Assembly (NCBI GenBank): GCA_030390025.1
Contig: CM059432.1
Span: 87,298,001-87,362,000 of the forward strand
From: Squalus acanthias
Lineage: Eukaryota
Direction of reading: 5' to 3'
Length of the DNA: 64,000 nt
The notes under the pieces were generated by a model. That model ran no database searches. It worked only from the letters and a program-made list of their open reading frames with translations, and was not told the origin of the DNA. Position 1 is the stretch's first letter; every line of letters starts with the position of its first letter. The position numbers and the translations under genes are program-made. This document shows, piece after piece, positions 1 to 13,329 of the stretch.

Positions 1-841
1 CTGGTGACATAAATAAAAGCAGACAGAAATATTGCTTTTCAAATGTTCGCAAAACTAGACAATTTGCTTTCTGGCTGTGGGTACAATTTGACCACATAAT
101 ATTCGTAATTACCACTTGAATTTTACAGAAAATTATACAAGTGGGTTTTCAGTGAAGCTGTAAAATTATATGTGACTAGCAATGACCAAACTAGTGATCT
201 AATTATTGTACATTAGCAGGTAAAATATGAAACAGATTATCCACAAACAACAACTGATAATAACCACGAGGAATGAAGCTCAATGAGTAGGTCTAGGGCC
301 AAATTTCAGATGTCTGAGTGTTCCCAAACTGATGATCTTATAATCACAATTATATTATATTTTTGGCCAAATGTCACAGACACATCAGAGAGCATTATAT
401 ATTGTACCATTGGATTAAATGCCTTCAAGCTTCTCTGCCAAACAGCATTTCTTTTGTCATTATTTAATTTATGGAGCCTGAAAATGGCTCAAGTCCCAAA
501 CCTTCAGCAGCACATAGTGCAGGGCCTTTAATGTTCTAGGTAAAAAAAGACAGTTTGACTGGTGCGCACAGTGGCAATGGTTGGAGTAAAAGTGGCACTG
601 GGAGAAAGACATTAACTTCACTATTGCTGAATAGCCCAGATTTGACTAAAGCATCGCTCACTTACACTGACATTCATTAATGCTGTCGTGGTGAAAGGTA
701 AGTCAATCATTTAGGTTCATCAGTGTCACAGACTTAGTAAAAGTATAGTTCATATATGAGCCTGTACAGTGAAGTAATAATGGGATGGGGAGAGGTGCAC
801 AGCATACCTTTTAAGCTTTCTATTAAAACCCAAGTCAAAAT

Positions 842-1220
842 ATTAGGAACAGGAGTGGGCCATTCAGCCCCTCGAGCCTGTTCTGCCATTCAATTAGATT
901 ATGGCTGTTCTGCATCTTAACTCCATATACCCGCCTTGGTTCCGTATCCCTGACCAATCAAAAATCTATCAATCTTGGTTTTGAAATTTTCAATTGACCG
1001 AGCCGCAACAGCTTTTTGGGGAGTTCCGGATTTTCACTACCCTTTGTGTGAAGAAGTGCTTTCTGACATCACCCCTGAAGGCCTAGCTCTAATTTTAAGG
1101 TTATGCCCCCTTGTTCTGGACTCCCCTATCAATAGGGTAAATAGAGCAAAAGTATTTCCTATCAAATCCTTTAATCATCTTAAACAACTCAATTAGATCA
1201 TCTCTTAATCTTCAATGCTC
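842..1220 (-). mobile_element. CR1-type LINE 3' fragment
   Basis: Carries the CR1/HER1 tail signature (reverse complement of GAGGGGCTGAATGGCC..CTCCTGTTCCTA) and degenerate GHNLKI..FFTQRVV coding remnants. Confidence 0.7.
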
Positions 1221-2185
1221 ATATCAAAATATTGAATTTATATCTTGCCAGAATAATGCTTTTCCCCATTTTTCGTATTGGCTGTTTCAATGAGTAATAT
1301 CACGGGTTCAACAGGCAATGCAAGAAGCAGAGCTATTACATCTGTGATCATTTCAAGGAAGAAACATAAATTTGACAACACGTTTCAGGGAGTCATTACT
1401 TGTCGCAATTTTCCTCTTCTTTAAAATTGTTCAATATTAACACTTTCAAAACTATAGTTGAACTCCTCAACTGATACGGTACACTTTTTGCTATTCTCAA
1501 TTCGTACAAATAAATATTATGACCAATATTCTATACAATTCTCCAATTTTACTTTACAATATGTTTGTCATTTTCCAGATACATAAATTGGGAATTTCAG
1601 TTTCACAAGTACTTTTGTTCCCACAAGTGACTGGCCACAAAACATTGTTCAACAAGAGAAGCATGGTTCTATGGGCAGGAAGTGAAGGTATCCATCACTG
1701 CTCTCATAGGTCTACCGAACAAAATAGCTTGAACAGCCAATGTATAAAAGTTTACAGCAATCACTGAAAGCAGTGCATATTTTGAATACTGCACATGAAG
1801 ATCAGTTCTTGATGGATTCATTTCAGTAAAAGAATAATACAGGTTTAGAAACTGGTATAATAGAATCTCAGAAATGCATCATATATGAGACCTCAGGCTG
1901 GGGGGATATAATTATTGAGTCATCACTTTAGGAGACAGGAGAAAATGCAAAAAAAAGAAATGCAGCATATTTTCTAAATCTGTATTGCTTCTTCATTAAG
2001 TTGTTATATTGTGAGACTGTCGGAATAATTGTAGGTTTGAACAAGACCACTTACTACCCTTATCTTAAAAACTTGCAAATGTTAAAAGTCATATATATTT
2101 CATATTGTGTTCAAATTAAATCATGTTTAAAGTAACTTTAGAAGTTAGTCAAAGTGTAGCTAACCTACACAATATGATTACTCAC

Positions 2186-2945
2186 CTCGAAGCTGCTATA
2201 TCCACTTTGGTTCTGGCAATCGCTGCTGCTCGATGTGCTCCTTCTGTCGCTCTCCCCACCTTTTCTTTAATTTTGCTGGTTCTGATGGGTATAAGGTGCT
2301 TTTTCTTTCCTCGGACTAAAATGTTATTTTTATATTTTCCTTCTTCCTTTGTGCCATCTGGAAAGGTCGTACATCCATAACCATTCCTCTGATTGTTCAA
2401 CCATTCTCCCTCATACTTCATACCATTTGAGCGCTCACTTATACCAAACCCACTGCGTTTATCATTTTTCCATTCCCCCATATACGATTCAGTTGTGGTG
2501 GCATCGACATGGTCTTCCACTGGTAAGTATTCAGAATCACCTTCTCCAAAACTGATTGTTGAATTGGCATCACTATTTGCTGAACTTATTCTACTCATTG
2601 AAGCTTCACTCTGAGCAGAGCTGCGTTTGCTAGCCAAAGATGACTTGGACTCGGACCTTTTGAGCTTTAGATTTCCCAGGAGTGATCCTCTTCTGAAAAA
2701 GCCCTTTTTCTTGCCAGTCATTAATTCTGTATCACTGTGAAATGTGAGGACAAACCCACCTCTTGTGCCAGCTGGACTATCTGCAGATATATCATGTAGA
2801 ATTGTGCCATTGCTCTGTTCACTTCGAAGCGATGCTAGGGAAGTTCGGAGTGGTGAGCGGATGACTGTGGCCATACCAAATGGTACACTCTGGCGTACAC
2901 CATATCCATGACGCATTCCTCCGGCCCACTGTCCCTGGTACGTTC
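2186..2945 (-). CDS. JPH1: Junctophilin-1 coding exon 2 (joining region, MORN 7-8, start of alpha-helical region)
   Basis: Acceptor ttttaatccatgttctgaAG| then GA ACG TAC CAG joins exon 1 in frame (G+GA=Gly; [22 protein letters not shown]...[14 protein letters not shown]...[15 protein letters not shown]). Donor AG|GTGAGT at 2185. 760 nt. Later exons lie outside the window. Confidence 0.93.
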
Positions 2946-3504
2946 CTTCAGAACATGGATTAAAAAGGAATTACAATGTGTACTTAACTTAAACTCAAGC
3001 TTTAAATACCCAATACACAAATGTAACGGACACTTAGGCCCGGTTTTTTGGTAATTCAGTTGTTATAGCCCCTTCAAAAAAGTATTCGAAACAAATGTTT
3101 GCAGTCTTTCAGTTTTTTTGTAAATAAATCAAGCTGAAATTTGAAACTAGGAATTATATACCAACTTTTAATGTTTAGTATGTGCATAAACTTAATCTCA
3201 ATTCCATGGATAATTCACTTTTCCATCCTGAATATCCCTGGTTTGCTTGTAAAGTCAATTGTTTACAAAGCAATCAACTGATTCTCTGTGAATATTGAAT
3301 CTCATAAAATAGAATCAAATATTTTCAGTATTCACCAAATCTAAGAATTATAACTCTGTATTTTATGTTACCATGGTTCTCACAGTTAAAACCCATACGG
3401 ATTTGTGACAAAAGATGTCCCAATCTTGCTTTTGTTGAAATTTCACAGCCAGGAATGCTCAGTGAATACAAATACTAACACTGTACTGGATAGTCTTACA
3501 TTAT

Positions 3505-3930
3505 GGGCAACACGGTGGCATAGTGGTTAGCACTGGTGCCTCACAGCGCCAGAGACCCGGGTTCGAATCTGACCTCGGGTGACTGTCTGTGTGGAGTTTG
3601 CACATTCTCCCCGTGTCTGCGTGGGTTTCCTCCGGGTGCTCCGGTTTCCTCCCACAGTCCAAAAATGTGTGGGTTAGGTTGATTTGGCTATGATAAATTG
3701 ACCCTTAGTGTTAGGGGGGATTAAATATGTGGGGTTATGGGGATAGGATGGGATATGTTAGGGGGAATTAAATACGTGGGGTTACGGGGGTAGGGTGGGA
3801 TATGTGTACTGTGGAGATTAAAGCAGGGACAGGGTACTGGATTTGGATGATCAGCCATGATCGTATTGAATGGCGGAGCAGGCTCGACGGGCCGAATGGC
3901 CTACTCCTGCTCCTAGATTCTATGTTTCTA
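3505..3930 (+). mobile_element. HE1-like V-SINE (tRNA-derived head, V-core, CR1/HER1 tail)
   Basis: Pol III A box TGGCATAGTGG and B box GGTTCGAATC; V-core GTGGAGTTTGCACATTCTCCCCGTGTCTGCGTGGGTTTCCTCCGGGTGCTCCGG; CR1-like tail ending TTCTATGTTTCTA. Confidence 0.88.
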
Positions 3931-4805
3931 TTACAATTCAAAATAGGGGGATGAAGTAAGTGGGACACATAAATAAGGAATGGTAAAAAAATGGAGAACA
4001 TTGTAATATGGGCTGGTAATTTCTGGGTGATGTTCCAGCTCAGCACTTACAAGATTACTTGCCATTATCTGCCAAGTATATATAACAACCTATGTTACCA
4101 ATCGCTGCCACCTTGAAAATCATCTCTTGATCACATTCTTAGCAGTGTGCCACAAAGAGGTGTCTGTCTCATAAGCAGAAATCAGACTGTTGCTATGACT
4201 GGACAAAGGATGCAACAAGATATAATGCAATTGTCTAGTAGTGTGAGGAACTAGAGCCAGCAGCAATACTCTGTTGGAGTTCTGTAATCCAGGCAACCTC
4301 AACTGTGCAGACCTTGTGCAGCTAAGCTATCATTTTAGCATCATCTGTGTAATAAGCTGTTCTGGTGGCTCAGGCAGATCGTTGTCTTACAAAATTTTTA
4401 GCACATACCAAAGGTGAAAGTTCAAAAATAAAATGGCTAAAACTGTGCCTTTGACTTTCAGATACTCTGCGAAGGTTTGTGGCATTTTGAAGATTTGAGA
4501 ATCATTGTAAAAATCTACTTGAAGTCAGGAGTATATATAGACTAATCCTCAAAGGGTCTTTCTGCAAAGTTATTATTAAACTCAAAGATAAAATTAACCA
4601 ACACATTAGAGTTGAATGGGACCGGAAAAGTCCAGAAACTATGCATTTATACAATATAACTTCAGAAAGCAAAATTGGACTTTTTCTCTTCCGAAATGTA
4701 GAACATTAAATAAGCATGGTATTTAAGGAAGTATACAAGGCATTCCAATATCTTTTGATTATATCTTAGTGAAAATATTTGGTGAATTTTGAGAACATTA
4801 AAAAA

Positions 4806-5253
4806 AGAAAGACTTGCATTTATACAGCGCCTTTCACGACCACTGGACAGTCCCAAAGCACTTGAGTACTTTTTGAAGTGTAGTCACTATTGTAATGTGG
4901 GAAACGCGGCAGTCAATTTGCGCACTGCAAGCTCCCACAAACAGCAATGTGATAATAACCAGATAATCTGTTTTTGTGATGTTGATTGAGGGATAAATAT
5001 TGGCTAGGACACCAGGGTTAACTCCCCTGCTCTTCTTCGAAATAGTGCCATAGTATCTTTTATGTCCACCTGAGGGGACAGACGGGATTAACGTTTCATC
5101 TGAAAGAGAGCACCTCTGACAGTGCAGCACTCCCTCAGTACTGCACTGGAGTGTCAGCCTAGATTTTTGTGCTCAAGTCTCTGGAGTGGGACTTGAACCC
5201 ACAACCTTCTGACTCAAGAGACGAGGGTGCTACCAACTGAGCCACAGCTGACA
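4806..5253 (-). mobile_element. tRNA-derived Deu-domain SINE (SacSINE1-like)
   Basis: Head TGGCTCAGTTGG...GGTTCAAGTCC. Body is homologous to the copy at 12136-12553, with an L2-like tail (GGCGCTGTATAAATGCAAGTCTTTC). Confidence 0.75.
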
Positions 5254-6285
5254 CTAGTTAGTAATACCAATATAGCACATAAAAAAAGAGATGCATAATA
5301 AAAGAGAGATGCATGGTCCCCTTTTACCAGTTCTTGAGAATCACATGGCCATCAACTTCAGCCCCAGCTATGCAGCAAGAAAGTTAATTAGATCACAAAC
5401 GTTCAATGTAACACACTACATTAGTTTGAACAGAATGGAATGGAAATGATACTCGTTAAAACTTATTGTTGAATGTTTGGTGGCTAAATATTGTCTGAAA
5501 CAGCTGCCACTTAACGGTGAAATAATTCATTTTTTTATTTCTCAGTGTATTAAGTTTTGCTGTGGAAAGATATACACCAAAACAACATTTTGGAAGCATA
5601 TCAAAGTTGTCATCATTGTACCTTTGTTTAAAAAAAGTATCATACTATTAAAACTGGCATCAAGGAGAACCGATAGGTGTGGCAATAACTGTACCAGTAG
5701 TTCAGTCTCTTTGGACACTCCTATTCTTGTATTCACCAGACTGTAAAATGATCCTTAACTTAGTTACTGATCTTTGTGTGACTGTCCTTTAATTTTGAAC
5801 AAAGATGATCCAATGATTTACTGCAGATATCTGGGCCAGTTGTAGTTAATCATTTTATTGATGGAATTGGTTAGTTTTGTTACTTAATAAAAGACATATC
5901 CTTCAAACAAATTGATTTTCCAGCTATCAATTGTTGCTTCAGAGCAAAATTATTTCATAATTTGTCAGCTTAATTTTTTAATTTCTGCAACAAAATTAGA
6001 TGATGAGAAAGATTAATTTTGTTTGTGATCACTTTACATTGCAGAATGTTCTGCAGCTCCATCGAGCTCTCTAATTCTAATTTACAACACTCAGATGTAT
6101 ACAATACATTGCGCCGAAATTTGCGGTCGGAGGTGTACCTCCGGAGTACACCTTTGACCCAAAAAAAATATACGAAAGTACCTGGTGGCTCTAGAGCGGT
6201 GTGTACGCCTTCATCGGCTCCGCAAAATCCGGGCTATTGAAAGCGGATAACTTCTTTCAGTAATGAAAGGGATTCATTTATTTTT

Positions 6286-7152
6286 AGCTCTACCTCACCA
6301 CCACCTCTCTTAACCCCGCCACTGCCTCTGATTTGTCACGCTGCTTGTCTGACATCCAGTCCTGGATAAGCAGAAATTTCCTCCAACTAAATATTGGGAA
6401 GACCGAAGCCATTGTCTTCGGTCCCCGACATAAACTCTGTTTCCTAGCCATCAACTCTAGCCCTCTCCCTAGCCACTGTGAGACAGCAATCTTGGCGTTC
6501 TATCCTCTCCATCACCAAGACAGCCTACTTCCACCTTCATACAATCGCCCGTCTCCACCCCTGCCTCAGCTCATCCGCTGCTGATACCCTCACTATGCCT
6601 TTGTTACCGCTAGACTCGATTATTCCAATGCTCTCCTGGCCAGCCTGCCACCTTGCACTCTCCGTAAACTTGAGCTCATCCAAAATTCTGCTGCCCGTAT
6701 CCTAACTCGCACCAAGTCCCATTCACCGATCACCCCTGTGCTCAATGATCTACACTGGCTTCTGGTCCGGCAACACCTCGATTTTAAAATTCTCATCCTC
6801 GTTTTCAAATTCCTCCATGGCCTCGCCCCTCCCTATCTGTGTAACCTCCTCCAAACCTACAATCCTCCGAGATCTCTGCGCTCCTCCAATTCTCGCCTCT
6901 TGCGCATTCCAGATTTTCATCGCTCTGCCATTGGCAGACGTGCTTTCAGCTGCCAAGGCCCTTAGCTCTGGAATTCCCGCCATAAACGTCTCCGCCTCTC
7001 TACATCTCTCTCCTCCTTTAAGATGCTCCTTAAAACCTACCTCTGATCAAGCTTTTGGTCATCTGTCCTAATATCTCCTTATGTGGCTCGGTGTCAAATT
7101 TTGTTTGATAATGCCCGTGAAGCCCCTTTGGATGTTTTACCAAGTTGTTGTT
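6286..7152 (+). mobile_element. L2-clade LINE 3' fragment (decayed)
   Basis: Remnants [38 protein letters not shown]; (GTT)n tail. Confidence 0.85.
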
Positions 7153-7678
7153 GGCTACTTTTGATATACATGTTTGAATCACATTTCTAAATATACACGC
7201 AGAAATTTCACTATAGCTATCTATTTATTTGTAACATAGTAACAGTTACAGGCAGAAGACTGTCGGCTCATCTAGCCACAGTACTCGCATAGTGCATTTC
7301 TGATCACCTTGAATCCTATAAGAACCTGTCCAGTTTCTTCTTGAAATTTATTAGTTTCTTTTTCCACCACCAGTGCCGGTAATCTGTTCCGCATACTAAC
7401 TACCCTTTTAGTAAAAAAAGTTCCTCCTGCATTTCCTATTTTCTTTCGTTGTTCTTAATTAATACATATGACCCCTTATACTTAAATTCTGCACATGGCC
7501 GAAAAGTTTCCTTGGATCCAATTTGTTCAAACTTGTCATTATTTTGTATTATTAGTTAGAAATAAAAATTTGGAAGGAACTCGCTGCTCCACCAGTCCAC
7601 AGGATGAACCTACAATTCTTTGGCTCTGATAGTAGGCAAGTGACTCAAGGTGATGAAGGGTCATCAACCGGAAACGTT

Positions 7679-9393
7679 GGAGGGAACTTTGCAGTGGGGG
7701 GGGGGTCAGCGGGCGTGATCGGTAGCGGGTCAGGAGGGAAAGTGTTTTTTTTGACAGCGGGTCAGGACCCCGTCGTCAACCCGCCAAACGCGCCTTTACC
7801 AAATGTTGGGTCTGCCAGCGCCGAGCAGACCCGACACACAGCGGCAGGGGAGGCAATTAAAATCATTAGTGGCTTATTTACAGCCACTTAATGCTTTTTT
7901 CCCAGCTTTTTGAATTTGACAGGTCGCCAACCGGTTTCCCGCTGTGTCTAGACCGCATCTGTGAAGCTGAGGTGGGAGGTCACTGGCCACTGAAAAGCTG
8001 ATGAGTTGACAGCTTCAAATGACAAGTCAAAGCTCACAGCTGAATGAGAAATGTTCCCTTAACCACTAGCTTCTCTAAACTGCATTTCCACAACAGATTC
8101 ACCATGCTGCAAGTCTTTACACAAGTCTCCATCCAATCTGACCTCATTACCTCTCCCACCATTGACAGATCGCTTCGGTCATCTCTACTTCACCTGCCAT
8201 CTATTCCATCAGCATGGGTGCACTTTATACTCTCTCACCTTGGTCCTCAGAATACCAGCACAATCAGCCCCAACACCAGCATCACCAACCTTCTCTGCAA
8301 ACAACTGATGCGGCACAGGACACAGGGCATCAGCACCCGACCACATTGCTGCCTGGGATGGCCTCATCATAGCCAGATTTACTTCACTTGATGCTGTACA
8401 CCCTGGCTGCCACAAGATGCACAAGGTTGGCACCACCCCACACCAAAAAGCATCCCTACAATGCCCAAGCCATTCCTTTCACACTCATCACCATTGCAGG
8501 GGGTAACGTTATGTCTTCACCATTCACTGCAACTGACTAAGCCACTTCCAAAGGTGCACACAAATCTGTCCAAGAACACAAAGTGTTGAAAATAAAGGTT
8601 TCAATGTTTGACAGCACATTAACAGAAACTTTACATGAACATTGCATAAAACACCCAAGTGCCGACCCTTGTGTGTTGTTAGTTGGTATGATTGAATTAG
8701 GATGATGGCGAGTGTGAGGGGTGGCTAGTGAGATGGGGATGTGATAATGTAGATAGAGAGGGATGGGTGGAGGTGCAAGGTAAGTTGGTGTGAGTAAGGA
8801 TGTGCAGGAGTAAGGTAGGGAAGGCAGAGTAATGGGGATGTGATGAGAGGCACAGCAGGATGAGGTTGAGTGTGGCTTTGTACTACCGTTTCCTGATCTA
8901 CTGAGATCATTGAAACGTTTGCGTCACTGCACCCAGGTCCGCCTGACCACATCCCTGCTTGTGCCCTCGTCTGCAATGTGCAACCAGGCTGTGTTGATCT
9001 CCTAGGGAGGTCTTCTCTGCCCATGGGAAGGGAAGAGGACATCCCTGTGTGCTGTGATTCCCTACATAAGCATATGGAGGGAGTCATGGGAGAGCCTGGG
9101 TGCAGCCGTGCTCCTCTGTGCAGTGATTGTCAGTGTTTGCAGCACCTCAATGCTGCAGAGCACTGACAGCACAACTGTCAAATTAAAGTTGGCCACTGTC
9201 CCTTTAAGGAAACCGGCTGATGACGCGACATCAAACCCATTTCCTTAAATTGGCCGGAAAACTCGCTGGGCGGGCTTAACAAGCCCAATCACGGTAAATT
9301 CATTCTGTACAGCGGGTTGGAGCCGGCAGTAGGGCCGGGACCCGCCAACGATGTCGCCGCCATGGACCCGCCGAAGTTGGTAAAATCCAGCCC
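7679..9393. mobile_element. Harbinger-derived non-autonomous element with decayed Myb/SANT remnant
   Basis: GTT duplicated at 7676-7678 and 9394-9396. Degenerate TIRs (GGAGGGAACTTT / AAAATCCAGCCC). Minus-strand remnant WVQ*RKRFNDL near 8905-8940. It splits a Penelope 3' end exactly at GAAACGTT|AACTC. Confidence 0.65.
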
Positions 9394-9767
9394 GTTAACT
9401 CTGTTTTTCTCTCCACAGATGCTGCCTGACCTGCAGAGTATTTCCAGCATTTTCCGTTTTTATTATAGCTGACGTGATGTTTTGGCAAATTGCCTTAAGT
9501 CACTATCCCTCTGATTTAGTGTGTGTGTGTGTCTGTGTTTACGAGTGTTGTGTGTGTCTATGTAGCGGGAGGAATGATTGGCTTACACAGTTTCCTCACA
9601 CTTGCAGTCAAGTGGACATTTGAAACTTAGCATGTGGGAACATGATCAGAAATCCACATTCTAATATTCACTGCTCCCGGGGGGAAGCATTTTTAATTCA
9701 AACTAGCATTAACAAAGGTTTTCAGTCATTTCAATGCTTCAAAAGACTTCAAACTCCTTGCCATTAT

Positions 9768-11460
9768 TTTTTAATTCATTCACGGGATGTGGGCGTCGCT
9801 GGCAAGGCCAGCATTTATTGCCCATCCCTAATTGCCCTCGAGAAGGTGGTGGTCAGCCGCCTTCTTGAACCGCTGCAGTCCGTGTGGTGAAGGTACGCCC
9901 ACAGTGCTGATAGGGAAGGAGTTCCAGGATTTTGACTCAGCGACGATGAAGGATCGGCGATATATTTCCAAGTCAGGATGGGGTGTGACTTGGAGAGGAA
10001 CTTGCAGGTGGTGGTGTTCCCATGCGCCTGCTGCCCTTGTCCTTCTAGGAGGAAGAGGTCATGGGTTTGGGAGGTGCTGCCGAAGAAGCCTTGGCGAGTT
10101 GCTGCAGTGCATCTTGTAGATGGTACACACTGCAGTCACGGTACGCCGATGGTGGAGGGAGTGAATGTTTAAGGTGGTGGATGGGGTGCCAATCAAGCGG
10201 GCTGCTTTGTCCTGGATGGTGTCGGGTTTCTTGAGTATTGTTGGAGCTGCACTCATCCAGGCAAGTGAAGAGTATTCCATCACACTCCTGACTTGTGCCC
10301 TGTAGATGGTGGAAAGGCTTTGGGGAGTCAGGAGGTGAGTCACATGCCACAGAATACCCAGTCTCTGACCTGCTCTTGTAGCCACAGTATTTATGTGGCT
10401 GGTCCAGTTAAGTTTCTGGTCAATGATGACCCCCAGGATGCTGATGGTGGGGGAATTCAGGGATAGTAATTCCGTTGAATGTCAAGGGGAGTTGCCCAGA
10501 CTCTCATGTTGGAGATGGTCATTGCCTGGCACTTGTATGGCACGAATGTTATTTTCCACTCATCCAAGCCTGAATGTTGTCCAGGGTCTTGCTGCATGCA
10601 GGCATGACTGCTTCATTATCTGAGGAGTTGCGACTGGAACTGAACACTGTGCAATCATCAGCGAACATCCCCACTTCTGGCCAATGTTCTGCTAATTTTT
10701 TTGGGTGTGCGACCCAGTTAACAGGCTGCGTGGCACATTCAAATTTCCGCACATGCTCAGTTTTTCCATTTAAAAGCCACTGAGCGGCCTGTGCAGGACC
10801 TCCAGAGCGCAGCGCGGCCGCGCAGCTTAATGGGAACATTGCTTCTGACCTTATAATGGAGGGAAGGTCATTGCTGAAGCAGTTGAAGATGGTTGGGCCT
10901 AGGCCACTGCCCCGAGACTCCAGCAGTGATGTCCTGGGGCTGAGATGATTGGCCTCAACAATCACAACCATTTTCCTTTGTGATAGGTATGACACCAGCC
11001 AGCGGAGAGATTTCCCCTGGATTGCCATTGGCTTCAATTTTACTGAGGCTCCTTGATGCCACACTCTGTCAAATGCTGCCTTGATGTCAAGGGCAGTCTC
11101 ACCTCTAGAATTTAGCACTTTTATCCATGTTTGGACAAAGGCTATAATGAGGTCTGGAGCCAAGTGGTCCTGGCAGAACCCAAACTGAGCATTGGTGAGC
11201 AGGTTATTGGTGAGTAAGTGCTGCTTGATAGCACTGTCGACAATCATCAGCAAAGTGATGGAAGGTGTCGAGAGTAGGCTGATGGGGCGGTAATTGGCCG
11301 GATTGGATTTATTCTGCTTTTTGTGGACAGGACATAGCTGGGCAATTTTCCACTTTGTCGGGTAGATGCCAGTGTTGTAGCTGTACTGGAACAGCTTGGC
11401 TAGAAGCGCAGCTAGTTCTGGAGCACAAGTCACTACAGCTGGGATGTTGTCGGGGCCCAC
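9768..11460 (-). mobile_element. Non-LTR retrotransposon (CR1/Jockey-group) RT 3' half, decayed
   Basis: RT motifs GPDNIP, NYRPISLL, QFGF, LDIKAAFDRVWH, FADD; 3' tail with AATAAA and (TGAA)n/A-run at about 9768-9790. Confidence 0.85.
10682..10841. mobile_element. 160-bp hAT-type MITE inserted in the LINE RT
   Basis: TIRs CAATGTTC.../...GAACATTG; 8-bp TSD CTTCTGGC (10674-10681) / CTTCTGAC (10842-10849). Confidence 0.75.
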
Positions 11461-12135
11461 ACCCTTTTCTGTAACAACAACCCGCCTTTAAAGTAATAAA
11501 CTGTCCCAAGGCGCTTCACAGGAGGGTTATCAAAAAAAAATGTGCTCAGCTGTTTCTTGAGATCATGTTATAGCAGTCTACAAGTATGCTCTATAACAGT
11601 GCAGAGTTGGCTGTGTTTACAGTTGACCTTGTTTGATGAACATTTTTATCATAGTACAATTGTGATTTTCTAAACACAGCTTGTACCATACTTGCTGTTA
11701 CTTCAACATGCAGTTGTGCACCTTGATGAAATTACTAGAAGCATACTAGCAATAGACTAGAAGTTTGCTGGAATACAGTACTGAAACTCTCTGCAGTTAG
11801 TTTTAAATTGTACTTCCTGATGATACACATGACTATTCTCCAAAGTAGGTCCCAGTCAATATTCTAGTCAAAGTTCGACTTGTTACTATTCATTTTATTC
11901 AGTTAGATCATTTCACTTACATGATGTACAATACCTTGATCTTTAATGATAGTATTAAAATTAAGGATGGAAGCACAGTTGTATATTGGATTATTTGGCT
12001 TGGCTCTTCATTGTGACAGGGCTCTTGGTGCGTAGAGTCAAAGACTACTCTTGCATACATTGAATGGCCGGAGGAGGAAAAAAAACCAGGACAACTTAAG
12101 TTTTTATGTGAATTCAAGTGAAATCAAAATGAAGT

Positions 12136-12553
12136 TTAGCCGTGGCTCAGTGGTCGCACTCTCGCCGCTGAGTCAGAAGGTTGTGGGTTCAAGTCCCACT
12201 CCAGAGACTTGAGCACATAATCTGGGCTGATGCATCTGTGCAGTACTGAGGAAGTGCTGGGCTGCTGTCTTTTGGACGAGATGCTAAACCGAGGCCCTGT
12301 TTGCCCTCTCGGGTGGACGTAAAAGATCTCACGGTAATTTTCAAAGAAGTTCTCCCCGGTGTCCTGGGCAATATTCATCCCTCAACCAACATCATTAAAA
12401 CAAATTATCTGGTCATTATCTCATTGTTGTTTGTGGGACCTTGTGCACAAATTGCATGCTTCCCTACATTACAAAAGCACTTAATTGGCTGAGAAGTGTT
12501 TTGGGACATCCTGAGGCCGTGAAAGATGCTGTATAAATGCAAGTTATTTCTTT
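12136..12553 (+). mobile_element. tRNA-derived Deu-domain SINE (SacSINE1-like)
   Basis: Homologous to 4806-5253; A and B boxes TGGCTCAGTGG / GGTTCAAGTCC. Confidence 0.75.
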
Positions 12554-12671
12554 AGTATCCATATGATTTTAGGATATTGTGCTGACTCACTATGAAATTA
12601 TACTTAGAAAGTAAAACAAAGTTTCAAAATGGACAACAAATACTCAATGTCATGGGATGATGTCAACAAGT

Positions 12672-13140
12672 CACTAGATTGATTCCTGGGATGAGAGGGC
12701 TGTCCTACGATGAGAGATTGTGCAGAATGGGCCTATTATACTCTCTGGAGTTTAGAAGAATGAGAGGTGATCTCATTGAAACATACAAGATTCTGAAGGG
12801 GATTGACAGGGTAGATGCTGAGAGGTTGTTTCCCCTGGTTGGAGTGTATGGAACTAGGGGGCATAGTCTCAGGATAAGGGGTAGGCCATTTAAGACCGAG
12901 ATGAGGAGGAATTTCTTCACTCAGAGGGTTGTGAATCTTTGGAATTCTCTGCCCCAGAGGACTGTGGATGCTGAGTCGTTACATATATTCAAGGCTGAGA
13001 TATAGATTTTTGGACTCTAGGGGAATCAAGAGATTGGGCGGGAAAGTGGAGTTGCGGTCGATGATCAGCCATGATCTTATTGAATGGCGGAGCAGGCTTG
13101 AGGGGCCGAATGGCCTATTCCTGCTCTTATTTCTTATGTT
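12672..13140 (+). mobile_element. CR1/HER1 LINE 3' fragment
   Basis: ORF IPGMRGLSYDERL...SLEFRRMRGDLIETYKI...FFTQRVVNLWNSLP plus the CR1 tail. Confidence 0.88.
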
Positions 13141-13329
13141 ATCAGCTCCATATGTCCCATTTAAGTATAAATAGCATTTCTCTTTACTCTCTAGGGCTGC
13201 TTTAGTGACCTCAGCTAAAAAGTCACTGGGACTGGTTATGAGAGGACCAAATCCCTTGCTGGGAGAGCGATACACTGGCCTTGCCAGATGTTGTGCTGTG
13301 GCATGCTGTCCCATTAATGCATGCATATG

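Noticed and set aside
3505..3580. tRNA genes (also near 5180-5253, 12136-12205, 16325-16396)
   Set aside because: These are SINE heads that run directly into SINE bodies and tails.
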